Part shown: positions 15,037 to 27,089 of the stretch, one piece after another
Numbering within the stretch: the first letter of the stretch is position 1
Layout: each line of letters opens with the position of its first letter
Assembly (NCBI RefSeq): GCF_039654945.1
Contig: NW_027361856.1
Location: 4,774,001 to 4,838,000 of the forward strand
Origin: Dendrobates tinctorius
Lineage: Eukaryota
Length of the DNA: 64,000 nucleotides
Direction: 5' to 3'
Made by a program: the position numbers and the translations under genes
The notes under the pieces: model-generated
Databases searched by the model: none
What the model was told of the DNA's origin: nothing
The model's input: the letters and a program-made list of their open reading frames with translations, nothing else

Positions 15037-15627
15037 TTGTGTTAACAGATCCAGGGTACAATTTAGCAGTACAGAGCAGTAATATGGTAGCACATTGCTG
15101 TATGCAGGGTCACATAGCACAAGTACAGGGTCTACCGACCTCACATACAGGGGCATACACTGGAACATAAACCCTTCTTACTCATAAACACCCTAAGAGC
15201 AACTGCATAGTCTGCAGCAGTCAGGTCATCCCAATAAGAAGGGAGGGGGCAAGTATAATACTCCACTGCTCACTGCCTTTCTCAAGGGACCCAAACCATA
15301 TGGCCGGGTATCTAAGCCTTATATGAGGTGACCTCCGCACCTCTTAACCTAGTATTGGGAAGGCTCAGAGCTTAGAATGGATACATTGGGGAGGGGGGAG
15401 AACTAAGACTTATCAAAGGCATTAAGGTGGGGATGAAAGCATAATCAATGGGTTCCAAACCATTTAAAGAGAGGAGGAAATGATCAGAGCTTTGAAGTAA
15501 ACAACCTTATCAAAGAGGATCAGGGCCATATAAGCGGAATCCAAGCCTTGAGATTCAACAGATCCGGATCTTCTCAGACAATGCCAATCCTAAAGTATAT
15601 GAGAGCAGGGTCTGGACCAAATACCAA

Positions 15628-16716
15628 CTAGAGGGGCCTCAGTGCCATACAGGGAACGCTGCTAGAGGAGCCTCAGTGCCGTACAGGGAGCACTGCTGGA
15701 GAAGCTTCAGTGATGTACAGGGAGCGCCGCTTGAGTGGCCTCAGTGCCGTACAGGGAGCGCTGCTAGAGGAGCCTTAGTGCCGTACAGGGAGCGCCGCTA
15801 GAGGAGCCTCAGTGCTGTACAGAGAGCACCGCTAGAGGGGCCTTGGAGCCATACAGAGAGCGCCACTAGAGGGGCCTCAAAGACATACAGGGAGCGGTGC
15901 TAGAGGAGCCTCGGTGCACAAGGATCGCCGCTAGAGGGGCCTCAAAGCCATACAGGGAGCGCTGCTAGAGGAGCCTCGGTGCCGTACAGGGAATATCGCT
16001 AAAAAGGCTTGGGTGCCGTACAGGTAGCGCCACTGGAGAGGCCTCGAAGCGATACAGCGAGCACCACTAGTGCCGTATAGGGAGCGCCGTTAGAGGAGCC
16101 TCAGTGCCGTATAGGGAGCGCTGCTAGAGTTGCGTCAGTGCTGTACAGGGAACGCCACTAGAGGGGCCTCAGTGCCGTACAGGAAACGCTGCTAGAGTTG
16201 CATCAGTGCTGTACAGGGAGCGCCACTAGAGGGGCCTCAGTGCCGTATAGGAAGCGCTGCTAGAGGAGCCTCAGTGCCGTACAGGGAGCGCTGCTAGAGG
16301 AACCTCAGTGCCATACATGGAGCGCCGCTTGAGTGGCCTCAGTGCCGTACAGGGAGCACTGCTAGAGGGGCCTCAGTGCCATATAGGGAACACCGCTAGA
16401 GGAGCCTCAGTGCCGGACAGAGAGCAACGCTAAAGGGGCTTCGGAGCCATACATGAAGCGCCGCTAGAGGGGCCTCAAAGCCATACAGGGAGCGCTGCTA
16501 GAGGAGCCTCGGTGCACAAGGAGCGCCGCTAGAGGGGCCTCAAAGCCACACAGGGAGCGCTGCTAGAGGAGCCTCGGTGCCGTACAGGGAGCCCCACTGG
16601 AAGGGCCTCGAAGCCATACAGGGAACGCTGCTAGAGGGGCCTCAGTGCCGTACAAGGAGCGCCACTGGAGGGCCCTCGAAGTCAAATAGGGAGCGCTGCT
16701 AGAGAGGCCTCAGTGC
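15628..16716. repeat. 34-bp minisatellite CTAGAGGGGCCTCAGTGCCGTACAGGGAGCGCTG, ~32 copies
   Basis: 34-bp period (CTAGAGG at 15628 and 15662). Confidence 0.92.
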
Positions 16717-18130
16717 CTAGTATAATAGTATGGATAGATCAGAGGCTTTTATGTTGGAGATCTGAGCCTAGTAGCAGAGTATGGCGAGATCAGAGCCTTT
16801 TATGTTGGATATCTAAGCCTAGTAGAAGAGTACAGAGGGCTCTGAGCCTAGTAGCAGAGTACAGAGGGATCAGAGCATTCTATGCTAGGGATCTGAGTCT
16901 ACAAGCATAGTATGGATGGTTGAGAGCCTTTTATGATGGAGATCTGAGCATACCATAATAGTATGGATAGATCAGAGCCTTTTATGATGGAGATCTGAGC
17001 CTAGTAGCAGAGTATGGCGAGATCAGAGCCTTTTATGTTGGATATCTGAGCCTAGTAGAAGAGTACAGAGGGATCTGAGCCTAGTAGCAGAGTACAGAGG
17101 GATCAGAGCTTTTTATGCTAGGGATCTGAGTCTACTAGCATAGTATGGAGGGATGAGAGCGTTTTAAGTTGGAGATCTAAGCTTACTGTAATAGTATGGA
17201 GAGATCAGAGCCTTTAAATTGGTGATCTGAGCCAAGTAGCATAGTATGGAGGGATTAGAGCCTTTTATGTTGGGGATCTGAGCCTAGTAGCAGAGTGTAG
17301 AGGGATCAGAGCCTTTTATGTTGGAGATCTGAGCCTAGTAGCAGAGTACAGAGGGATCAGAGCCTTTTATGTTAGGGATCTGAGTCTACTAGCATAGTAT
17401 GGAGAGATGAGAGCCTTTTATGTAGGGGATCTGAGCCAAGTAGCATAGTATGGGGGGATCAGAGCCTTTTATGTTGGAGATCTGATCCTAGTAGCAGAAT
17501 GTAGCGAAATCAAGAGATTTTTATGTTAGAGATCTGAGCCTGGTAGCAGAGGACAGAGGAATCAGAGCTTTGTATGTTAGGGATCTGAGTCTACTAGCAT
17601 AGTATGGAGGGATGAGAGCCTTTTATGTTGGAGATCTGAGCCTAGTAGCAGAGTATGGAGAGATAAGAGCATTTTATGTTGGCGATCTAAGCCAAGTAGC
17701 ATAGTATTGAGAGATCAGAGCCTTTTATGTTGGAGACCTGAGCCTAGTAGCGGAGTGCAGAGGGGTCAGAGCCTTTTATGTTGGGGATCTGAGTCTACTA
17801 GCATAGTATGAGTATAAAGGGATGAGAGCCATTTATGTTGTAGATCTGAGACTAGTAGCATAGTATGGAGGGATCAGAGCCTTTTATGTTGGGCATTTTA
17901 GCCTAGTAGCAGAGTACAGAGGGATCAGAGGCTTTTAAGTTAGGGATATGAGTTTACTAGCATAGTATGGAGGGATGAGAGCCTTTTATGTTGGAAATCT
18001 GAGCCTAGTAGCAGAGTATGGAGAGATCAGAGCCTTTTATGTTGGAGATCTGAGCATAGTATAGAGGGATCAGAGCATTTTATGTTGGAGATCTGAGCCT
18101 AGTAGCAGACTATGGGGTCAGAGCCTTTTA
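16717..18130. repeat. 51-bp minisatellite GATCAGAGCCTTTTATGTTGGAGATCTGAGCCTAGTAGCAGAGTATGGAGA (internal GATCAGAGCC/GATCTGAGCC dimer)
   Basis: 51-bp period (GATCAGAG at 17304 and 17355). Directly abuts the 34-bp array. Confidence 0.92.
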
Positions 18131-19796
18131 ATCCTATTTCTGGCAAATAGAGCATAATAACATCGAGATCTAAACCCTACTTCTCCCCATCATTACAGAA
18201 CATAGGGAATATAAACCTATTACAGCATTTCTAGCGCTAAAGTGCAGCAATTTTGACCCTAGTATTAGAAACTCAGTATAGGGTATTGAAGGCATTAAGA
18301 GAAAATTGGGAACATTTCAGATGCTGTGCAGTAAGATTATTTTAGGAAGTGCATGTTACTCATGGGGCAGGCCAAATCCATATCTTTCCTCTAGGAGAAG
18401 TCGCGCAGAAATGTTGTGAAGACAGCCTCTGCTGGAGGCATTCAGCTTCCTGGCCTTATAGCTGACCACAGAAGAAAGTTAGGTACCCTGCTGAACAACG
18501 CAGATGCATTCCCCAAAGCGCATTAAGGGTGCCAATGTAGATGATGCTCATCCTCTAAGAACCCGATCACACAAGTCAAAGGACAACGTGAACCAGAAAG
18601 GGGAATTTCTTTCTTTGGTTCTTAGCCAGTAGGAAGGTTCATCGTATATAATGGCAATGTGTGTGAGGCACCACTGCATCTCCTTCCTTATGTCATACAA
18701 GACAACTGTGGACTGACAGGAATTCAGCTATATTTACTAGAAGGAAGAGGCTGGGTGTGCATACACCTGATACGGGGGATGACAGCACAGAATCTGCACA
18801 CGAGGTCTTCAGAATGTTTGTCAACATCTACAACCTGTGGTCCTCTTCAATGCCAGGTTTCTTTGAAGGTGGCAAGGATCTCTGTGTACGTTCTACATAT
18901 CTCCAAACTTACATCTTCCAGATCAGAGCGGTGGTAACTGCACAAACAACACTGACAACAGTCCATGCTGGAAGCAAGAGTAAGCTTACAGAAGGACGAC
19001 TTGATTGAGGAGGATTTCCCTTCAGGTCAGTACAGTACATTGTGGAGACACGAGGGTCATTGGGTGTTCTCATCCGCTGGCCTGGCTGCCTTTAGAAAAA
19101 AATTGTGGACCAGGGCTCATTCCACTGAACTCCTGCACTCCTTGACTGTGGGTAGAATACTACTCAGACCTACTGAAAATATATGTCTGGCATAACTATG
19201 ATTAAATGCTGTGTCGTCACAGGTATGTTTATCTGGACTGAGGTGTGGGCCATGGTCCAGGAGAAATTAAGCCAACATCAGCTGCTTGCATGCACTCACA
19301 TGACTCATGGAGAAGAAGACGAAAGTTGATCCTCTCCACCAGCAAAACTTTAGCTATCATAACCTATGACAGAAGAACCTCCAATATCACAAGTCCAACC
19401 TTAAGGATTCTCATGACCAAGAGTTAGGGATGTGGACCTCACATGCACAAGGCTTGTAAAGACACAGCGGACACAAGTGTCTGTCGTATACATGCAAACG
19501 AAGGGTTATACTCTGTATATATATATTATACAGATGTGTTACCATGTGGCTTAGTATTTAGTATTAGTGTCTTGGAAAACATCAGAACTGACTGCTTACA
19601 AAAGTTTGATCTACCACTAAAACGAGGCTAACACCTTCAGCATTTGGCAGACCTAAGGTACAAAGTGTAATGGGTGCTCGGTCACTGGAGGGTTAAACTG
19701 GATAATACAAAATAATGGATATCTCCTGCCCATCAGGTTCCAGCTCTCCTCCCATCTCTATGACATGTGTTACCTCTTCACCCTGCTTAATAGCCT

Positions 19797-20107
19797 CTAG
19801 TACTCACTCAAACTGTGCCACTTGGCAATCAGCTTACGGGGGTTATCGCACACCTCCTGCCAATGTTCAATGCCGTCAGCTGTTACACTGTGCGCCCCTA
19901 GGATTAGCCGGCCCACCACCTGGTTCTTGGTGGTACGATCAAAGTCGATGACAAGGAACTCAATGCTGATGTCCGGCAACAGGTCTATGGGTATGTCATA
20001 GATGAAGGACTCGTTGAAGACTGGGCTGAGCGTGCACTTCTTCACGTGAGTTTTCTTCTTTGCTATCCTTTTTCGACCATAATAGACGTTCACTTTTACA
20101 TAAGGAT
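19797..20107 (-). CDS. SYT11: Synaptotagmin-11, last coding exon (C2B C-terminal part and stop)
   Basis: Acceptor TTCTTCCACAG|AT. Encodes PYVKVNVYYGRKRIAKKKTHVKKCTLSPVFNESFIYDIP...KWHSLSEY*, matching the SYT11 C-terminus and not the SYT4 ending. TAG at 19799-19797. Confidence 0.97.
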
Positions 20108-20144
20108 CTGTGGAAGAAGAACTCACACATTACCCTGGCCATGG

Positions 20145-23100
20145 AAGAAGAGATCTAAAGAGACTGGAGACTGATGAGAGAGGAAAGATCTATAGAGGCC
20201 AGAGACTGATGAGAGAGGAGAGATCTATAGAAGCCAGAGACTGAGGAGAGCTATAGAGGCCAGAGACTGATGAGAGAAGCAATCTGCAGAGGATGGAGAC
20301 TGATGAGAGAGGAGAGCTACAGAGGCCAGAGACTGATGAGAGAGGAGATCTATAGAGGCTGGAGACTGATCAGAGAGGAGAGCTATAGAGGTTGGAGACT
20401 GATGAGAGAGGAGAGATCTATAGAGGCTGGAGACTGAAGAGAGAGGAGATCTATAGAGGCTGGAGACTGATGAGAGAGGAGAGCTGTAGAGGCTGGAGAC
20501 TGAGGAGAGAGGAGATCTATAGAGACCAGATACTGATGAGAGAGAAGAGATTTAGAGAGGCCAGAAACTGATGAGAGAGAAGATTTATAGAGGCTGGAGA
20601 CTGATGAGAGAGGAGATCTATAGAGACTGGAGAATGATGAGACAGGACATCTATAGAGGCTGGAGACTCATGAGAGAGGAGATATATAAAGGCTGGAGAC
20701 TGATGAGAGAGGAACGCTATAGAGACTGGAGACTGATGAGAGAAGAGTTCTATAGAGGACTGAGACTGATAAGAGAGGAGAGCTATAGAGGCTGGAGATT
20801 AATGAGATCTAAAGAATCTGGAGACTGAAGAGAGAGGCGATGTATAGAGTCTGGAGACTGATCAGAGAGGAGAGCGCTATAGAGGCTGGAGACTGATGAG
20901 AGAGGAGAGATCTATAGAGGCTGGAGACTGAAGAGAGAGGAGATCTATAGAGGCTGGAGACTGATGAGAGAGGAGAGCTATAGAGGCTGGAGACTGAGGA
21001 GAGAGGAGATCTATGGAGACTGAAGAGAGAGGAGCGCTATAGAGACTGGAGACTGATGAGAGAGGAGAGCTATAGAGGCCAGAGACTGATGTGAAAGGAG
21101 AAGATGAGAGCTGTAGAGGCCAGAGACTGAGAAAAAGAGAAGAACTATAGCGGCAAGAGACTAAGAGAAAGAAGAGGAGAGCTATAGAGACTCATGAGAA
21201 AGGAGACGAGGAGAGCTACAGTGCTTTGCAAAAGTATTCGGCCCCCTGGAACTTTTCAACCTTTTCCCACATATCATGATTCAAACATAAAGATACCAAA
21301 TGTAAATATTTGGTGAAGAATCAACAACAAGTGGAACACAATTGTGAAGTTGAACGAAATTTATTGGTGATTTTAAATTTTTGTGGAAAATCAAAAACTG
21401 AAAAGTGGAGCGTGCAATATTATTCTCAGAGACTGAGAGAGAGAGAAGAGGAGAGCTATAGAGGCCAGTGATAGAGAGGGAAAATAAGAGTTATAGAGGT
21501 CAGAGACTGAGAGAAAGGAGAGCTATAGAGGCCAGTTACTAATGAGAAAGGAGAAAAGGAGAGCTATAGAGGCCAGAGACTGAGAGAGAGAAGAGAAGAG
21601 CTATAAAGGGCAGAGACTGATGAGAGAGAAGAGAAGAGCTATAAAGGCCAGTGACAGAGAGAGAAGATGAGAGCTACAGAGGCCAGCGACTGATGAGAGA
21701 GAAGAGGAGAGCTATAGAGGGCAGAGACTGATGAGAGAGAGACAATGAGAGCTATAGAGGACAGAGATGAGAGAGTGAAGAGGAGAGCAATAGAGGCCAG
21801 AGACTGAGACAGAGAAGATGAGAGCTATAGAGGTCAGTGACTGACAGAGAAAAGAGGAGAGCTACAGAGGCCAGAGACACAGAGACAGAACATGAGCGCC
21901 ATAGAGGCCAGTTACTGAGAGAGGGAAGAGGAGAGCTATAGGGGCCAGAGACTGAGAGAGCAAAGAGGAGAGCCATAGAGGCCAGAGACTGAGACAGCGA
22001 AGAGGAGAGCTACAGACGCCAGAGACTGAGAGGAGAGCTATAGAGGCCAGAGACTGAGACAGCGAAGAGGAGAGCTACAGAGGCCAGAGACACAGAGACA
22101 GAACATGAGCGCCATAGAGGCCAGTTACTGAGAGAGGGAAGAGGAGAGCTATAGGGGCCAGAGACTGAGAGAGCAAAGAGGAGAGCCATAGAGGCCAGAG
22201 ACTGAGACAGCGAAGAGGAGAGCTACAGAGGCCAGAGACACAGAGACAGAACATGAGCGCCATAGAGGCCAGTTACTGAGAGAGGGAAGAGGAGAGCTAT
22301 AGGGGCCAGAGACTGAGAGAGCAAAGAGGAGAGCCATAGAGGCCAGAGACTGAGACAGCGAAGAGGAGAGCTACAGAGGCCAGAGACACAGAGACAGAAC
22401 ATGAGCGCCATAGAGGCCCGTTACTGAGAGAGGGAAGAGGAGAGCTATAGGGGCCAGAGACTGAGAGAGCAAAGAGGAGAGCCATAGAGGCCAGAGACTG
22501 AGACAGCGAAGAGGAGAGCTATAGAGGCCAGAGACTGAGAGGAGAGCTATAGAGGCCAGAGACTGATGAGAAAGAAGAGGTGAGCTATAAAGGCCAGAGA
22601 CTGAGAGGAGAGCTATAGAGGCCAGAGACTGAGACAGCGAAGAGGAGAGCTATAGAGGCCAGAGACACAGAGACAGAACATGAGCGCCATAGAGGCCAGT
22701 TACTGAGAGAGGGAAGAGGAGGGGCTATAGGGGCCAGAGACTGAGAGAGCAAAGAGGAGAGCCATAGAGGCCAGAGACTGAGACAGCGAAGAGGAGAGCT
22801 ATACAAGCCACAGACTGAGAAGCAAAGAGGAGAGCTATAGAGGCCAGAGACTGATGAGAAAGAAGAGGAGAGCTATAAAGGCCAGAGACTGAGAGGAGAG
22901 CTATAGAGGCCAGAGACTGATGAGAAAGAAGAGAGAGAATATGAGCACCATAGAGGCCAGTTACTGAAAGAGGAAAGCTATAGAGAGAGACCAGTGGAAG
23001 AGAGAGAAGAGTAGAGCTATAGAGGCCAGAGACTGAGAGAGAAGAGGAAAGCTATAGAGGCCAGAGACTGATGAGAAAGAAGAGGAGAGCTACAGAGGTC

Positions 23101-25335
23101 AGAGACTGAAAGACAGAAGATGAGCGCTATAGAGGCCAGATACTGATGAGAAAGGAGAAGAGGAAAGCTATAGAGGCCAGAGACTGAGAGAGAGAAGAGG
23201 AGAGCTATAGAGGCCAGAGACTGAGAGAGAGAAGAGGAGAGCTATAGACGCCAGAGACTGAGAGAAATAAGAACAGAGGCATAGAGGCCAGAGACTGAGA
23301 GAGAAGAGGAAAGCTATAGAGACCAGAGACTGAGAGAAAAGAGGAGAGCTATAGAGAACAGTGACTGAGCGAGAAGAGGAGAGCTATAGAGGCCACAGAC
23401 TGAGAGAGAGAAGAGGAGAGCTATAGAGGCCAGAGACTGAGAGAGAGAAGAGGAGAGCTATAGACGCCAGAGACTGAGAGAAATAAGAACAGAGCCATAG
23501 AGGCCAGAGACTGAGAGAGAAGAGGAGAGCTATAGAGACCAGAGACTGAGAGAGAGAAGAAGAGAGCTATAGAAGCCAGTGACTGAAAGAGAAAAGAGGA
23601 GAGCTATAGAGAACAGTGACTGAGCGAGAAGTGGACAGCTATAGAGGCCAGAGACTGAGAGAGGAGAGCTATAGAGGCCAGAGAATGAGGCCAGACACTG
23701 AGAGAGAGAAGAGAAGAGCTATAGAGACCAGATACTGAGAGAGAAGAGGAGAGCTATAGAGACCAGAGACTGAGAGAGAAGAGGAGAGCTATAGAAGCCA
23801 GTGACTGAAAGAGAAAAGAGGAGAGCTATAGAGAACAGTGACTGAGCGAGAAGTGGACAGCTATAGAGGCCAGAGACTGAGAGAGGAGAGCTATAGAGGC
23901 CAGAGAATGAGGCCAGACACTGAGAGAGAGAAGAGAAGAGCTATAGAGACCAGATACTGAGAGAGAAGAGGAGAGCTATAGACGCCAGAGACTGACAGAA
24001 ATAAGAACAGAGCCATAGAGGCCAGAGACTGAGAGAGAAGAGGAGAGCTATAGAGACCAGAGACTGAAAGAGAAAAGAGGAGAGCTATAGACAACAGTGA
24101 CTGAGCGAGAAGTGGACAGCTATAGAGGCCAGAGACTGAGAGAGGAGAGCTATAGAGGCCAGAGAATGAGGCCAGACACTGAGAGAGAGAAGAGAAGAGC
24201 TATAGAGACCAGATACTGAGAGAGAAGAGGAGAGCTATAGAGACCAGAGACTGAGAGAGGAGAGCTATAGAAGCCAGTGACTGAAAGAGAAAAGAAGAGA
24301 GCTATAGAGAACAGTGACTGAGCGAGAAGTGGACAGCTATAGAGGCCAGAGACTGAGAGAGGAGAGCTATAGAGGCCAGAGAATGAGGCAAGAGACTGAG
24401 AGAAAGAAGAGGAGAGCTATAGAGGCCAGTAACTGAGAGAGAGAAGCTGAGAGCTATAGAAGCCATGACTGAAAGAGAAAAGAGGAGAGCTATAGACCAG
24501 TGACTGAGCGAGGAGAAGAGGAGAGCTATAGAGGCCAGAGAATGAGGCCAGAACCTGAGAGAGGAGAAGAGGAGAGCTATAGAGGCCAGATACTGAGACA
24601 GGGAAGATGAGAGCTATAGAGGCCAGATACTGAGACAGGGAAGATGAGAGCTATAGAGGCCAGTGACTGACAGAGATGAGAGCTACAGAGGCCAAAGACT
24701 GAAGAGAAAGGAGAAGAGGAGAGCTCTAAAGGCCAGAGACTGAGAGAGCAAAGAGGAGAGCTATATAGGCCAGAGAGACAACATGAGCGCTATAGAGGCC
24801 AGTTACTGAGGGAGGGAAGAGGAGAGCTACAGAGGCCAGTGGAAGAGAGAGAAGAGTAGAGCTATACAGGCCAGACAGATAGAGGAGAGCTGTAGAGGCC
24901 AAAGACTGATGAGAAAGAAGAGGAGGACTACAGAGGTCAGAGACTGAAAGAGAGATGAGAGCTACACAGGCCAGAGACTGATGAGAAAGGAAAAGAGAGC
25001 TATAGAGGCCAGAGACTGAGAGGAGAAGAGGAGAGCTATAGATGCCAGAGACTGAGAGAGAAAAGAGGACAGCTATAGGGAGAGCTATAAAGGAGAGCTA
25101 TAGAGGCAAGAGACTGGGCGAGGAGAAGAGTAAAGTTGCAAAGGCCAGAGACTGAAGAGAAAGGAGAAGAGGAGAGCTATACTGTAGAGGCCAGGGACTG
25201 ATGAGAAAGGAGAGCTATAGAGACCAGAGACTGATGAGAGGGAAGATCTACAGAGACTGATGGGAGAGAAAAAGAGATCTATAGAAACCAGAGACTAATG
25301 AGATAGGAGGAGAAGAGGTCAGAGACTGATGGAAG
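20145..25335. repeat. AG-rich minisatellite (variable ~30-37 bp unit, GAGAGCTATAGAGGCCAGAGACTGA core) filling SYT11 intron 3
   Basis: Core repeated across ~5.2 kb. 148-bp higher-order repeats near 21750-22800 (near-identical ORFs offset by 148). Confidence 0.93.
21219..21425. mobile_element. Solitary Tc1/mariner terminal inverted repeat (~207 bp)
   Basis: TA|CAGTGCTTTGCAAAAGTATTCGGCCCCC start, typical of Tc1-like IR/DR ends. Inserted at the TA of a GAGAGCTA unit, AT-rich body, ends at ...GCAATATTATTC. No partner TIR seen. Confidence 0.8.
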
Positions 25336-25406
25336 AGGATAGGACAGAGGACAATATTGCGATGAGGTACGATATACAGAACCCAGGGTAGATAAATAGC
25401 TGCTAC

Positions 25407-25527
25407 CTGAGAGGCCAGTGATGTCCATTCTGGGCAGGTGTTTGGCTTTCAGCACCACGACCGTCATTCTTTGTGCCACCGGCTGATACGACAGCGACAC
25501 CTGCAGTTCACCACGGCTGACACATTT
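25407..25527 (-). CDS. SYT11: Synaptotagmin-11 coding exon 3 (start of C2B)
   Basis: Acceptor CAG|AAATGT. Encodes KCVSRGELQVSLSYQPVAQRMTVVVLKAKHLPRMDITGLS. Donor TCAG|GTAGCA (phase 1, in frame with exon 4), with a possible GC donor 3 nt further on. Confidence 0.95.
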
Positions 25528-25618
25528 CTGTGACAAGAATGCAAAATTAACCCTTCATGTGCAGTCAGCGGGACATGAGATATGCTGAGCTCTCCACATT
25601 ACACCTGTCATCCATTAC

Positions 25619-26409
25619 CTGGATGTTCCTCTTCACGATGTGCCGGGTGATCTGCACGCGCCCTGTACTAGGATCGACTCCTGACAGCGGCACTATCACC
25701 TCACCAATCACGTCATCCCGTGAGAAGCGGTCAAAGCTCAGCACCAGAAAGTGAAGAAGAAGGTCCTGGAGCTGGCTGTAGGGGATGCCATAGAAGGTGA
25801 AAGTCTCATCAAACACGGGATCCAGGGTTCTCCGTAAGACTCGAGTTTTCACCCGATGCTTCTTGTCTGGCAGAATGGTCATTTTGATATAGGGGTCAGA
25901 GCCATGGGCTTGCTCGTCCATCACTGGGAGCCCATGAGCTTCTTGTATGGTCACCACCAAGGCTTTCTTAGGGAAGTTATAGTCCACAGAGATGGTTAGC
26001 GTCCCCAGCGTCACCTCCTCCTCGGGGGTTGATAACGATGATGTCTTGCTAGCACTGGAGCTTGTGCTCACACTTGGACTCACCTCTTGCTCATAGTGTG
26101 GGCTGATAGGCAGCTGGGTAACAGCAGTGGCCAAACCGTTAGGACCTTTCTCAGATACCATCAGACCAGCCTCAGCGCTGCCATCGTCTGCATGTGACTT
26201 ATCTCTGCGTACACGGAAGGTCTTCTTCTTGTTGCTGAGGGTCTCTGGGTAGATGCTGATCCCTTTCAGCATATGGATGAACTTGTATGGGGGGGTCTTA
26301 TACTTATTCTCCATACGGCTGTGGCAACAGCTCCAGATAAAGACTGCCACCAAGACGGACACTACCAAGACCGCAGCGCCAATGAAACCTGCTGCAATCG
26401 GAGACATGT
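25619..26409 (-). CDS. SYT11: Synaptotagmin-11 coding exon 2 (TM helix, linker, C2A)
   Basis: Acceptor TTTTATAG|AC. Contains TM FIGAAVLVVSVLVAVFIWSCC, motif PPYKFIHMLKGISIYPE, and C2A with the SYT4/SYT11 Asp-to-Ser change (VLSFDRFSRDD). Donor CAG|GTAATG, followed by a 91-bp intron. Confidence 0.97.
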
Positions 26410-26469
26410 CTATAAAACAGAACAGAAGATGCAAGTCACACGTGTACCACGCCAATTAATCACGTCACC

Positions 26470-27072
26470 ACGCGAGGACCTGTCGACCGGCACAGACCTA
26501 GTGTCATCCTCCGCTCAATCCTCCATGACCAGAAATCACCGTGTCCGTCACTACACAAGGAACTGGAGACCAGCAAGGACTTATAAAAGTCATCCCCCGG
26601 TTCATCTACCATGACCATAAACCAGTGCCCCGTCACTACGCAAGGAACTGCAGACTGGCATGGATCTACACAGGCCATCCGCCTTTCCATCCTCCATGAA
26701 CAGAAACCACCGTGTCCCGTCGCTACGCAAGGAACTGCAGACCAGCATGATCCTACACGGGTCATCCCCCGCTCCATCCTCCATAATCAGAAACCACCGT
26801 GTCTCATCTATACGAAATAAACTGCAGACCAGCACGGACCTACATGGGTCATCCGTCGCCCCATCCTCCTTGACCAGAAACCACTGTGTTCTGTCACTAC
26901 GCAAGGAACTGCAGACTGGCACGGACCTACATGGGTCATCCCCCGCTCCATCCTCCATGACCAGAAACCACTCTGTCCCATCACTATGCAATGAACTGCA
27001 GACCGGCATGGACCAACATGGGTAATCCACCGCTCCATCCTCCATGACCAGAAACCACCGTGTCCCGTCGCC
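26470..27072. repeat. 87-bp tandem repeat, ~7 copies, in SYT11 intron 1 next to exon 2
   Basis: GCAAGGAACT at 26640, 26727 and 26901 (multiples of 87). Confidence 0.9.
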
Positions 27073-27089
27073 ACACTGCCAGTCCTCTA

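Noticed and set aside
19797-26409. SYT4 as an alternative identity
   Set aside because: The C-terminus WHSLSEY, the N-terminus MAEIT and adjacency to GON4L all indicate SYT11.
26410-26455. ORF-track start MAWYTCDL for SYT11
   Set aside because: Intronic read-through upstream of the acceptor. The real first exon is 40531-40564.
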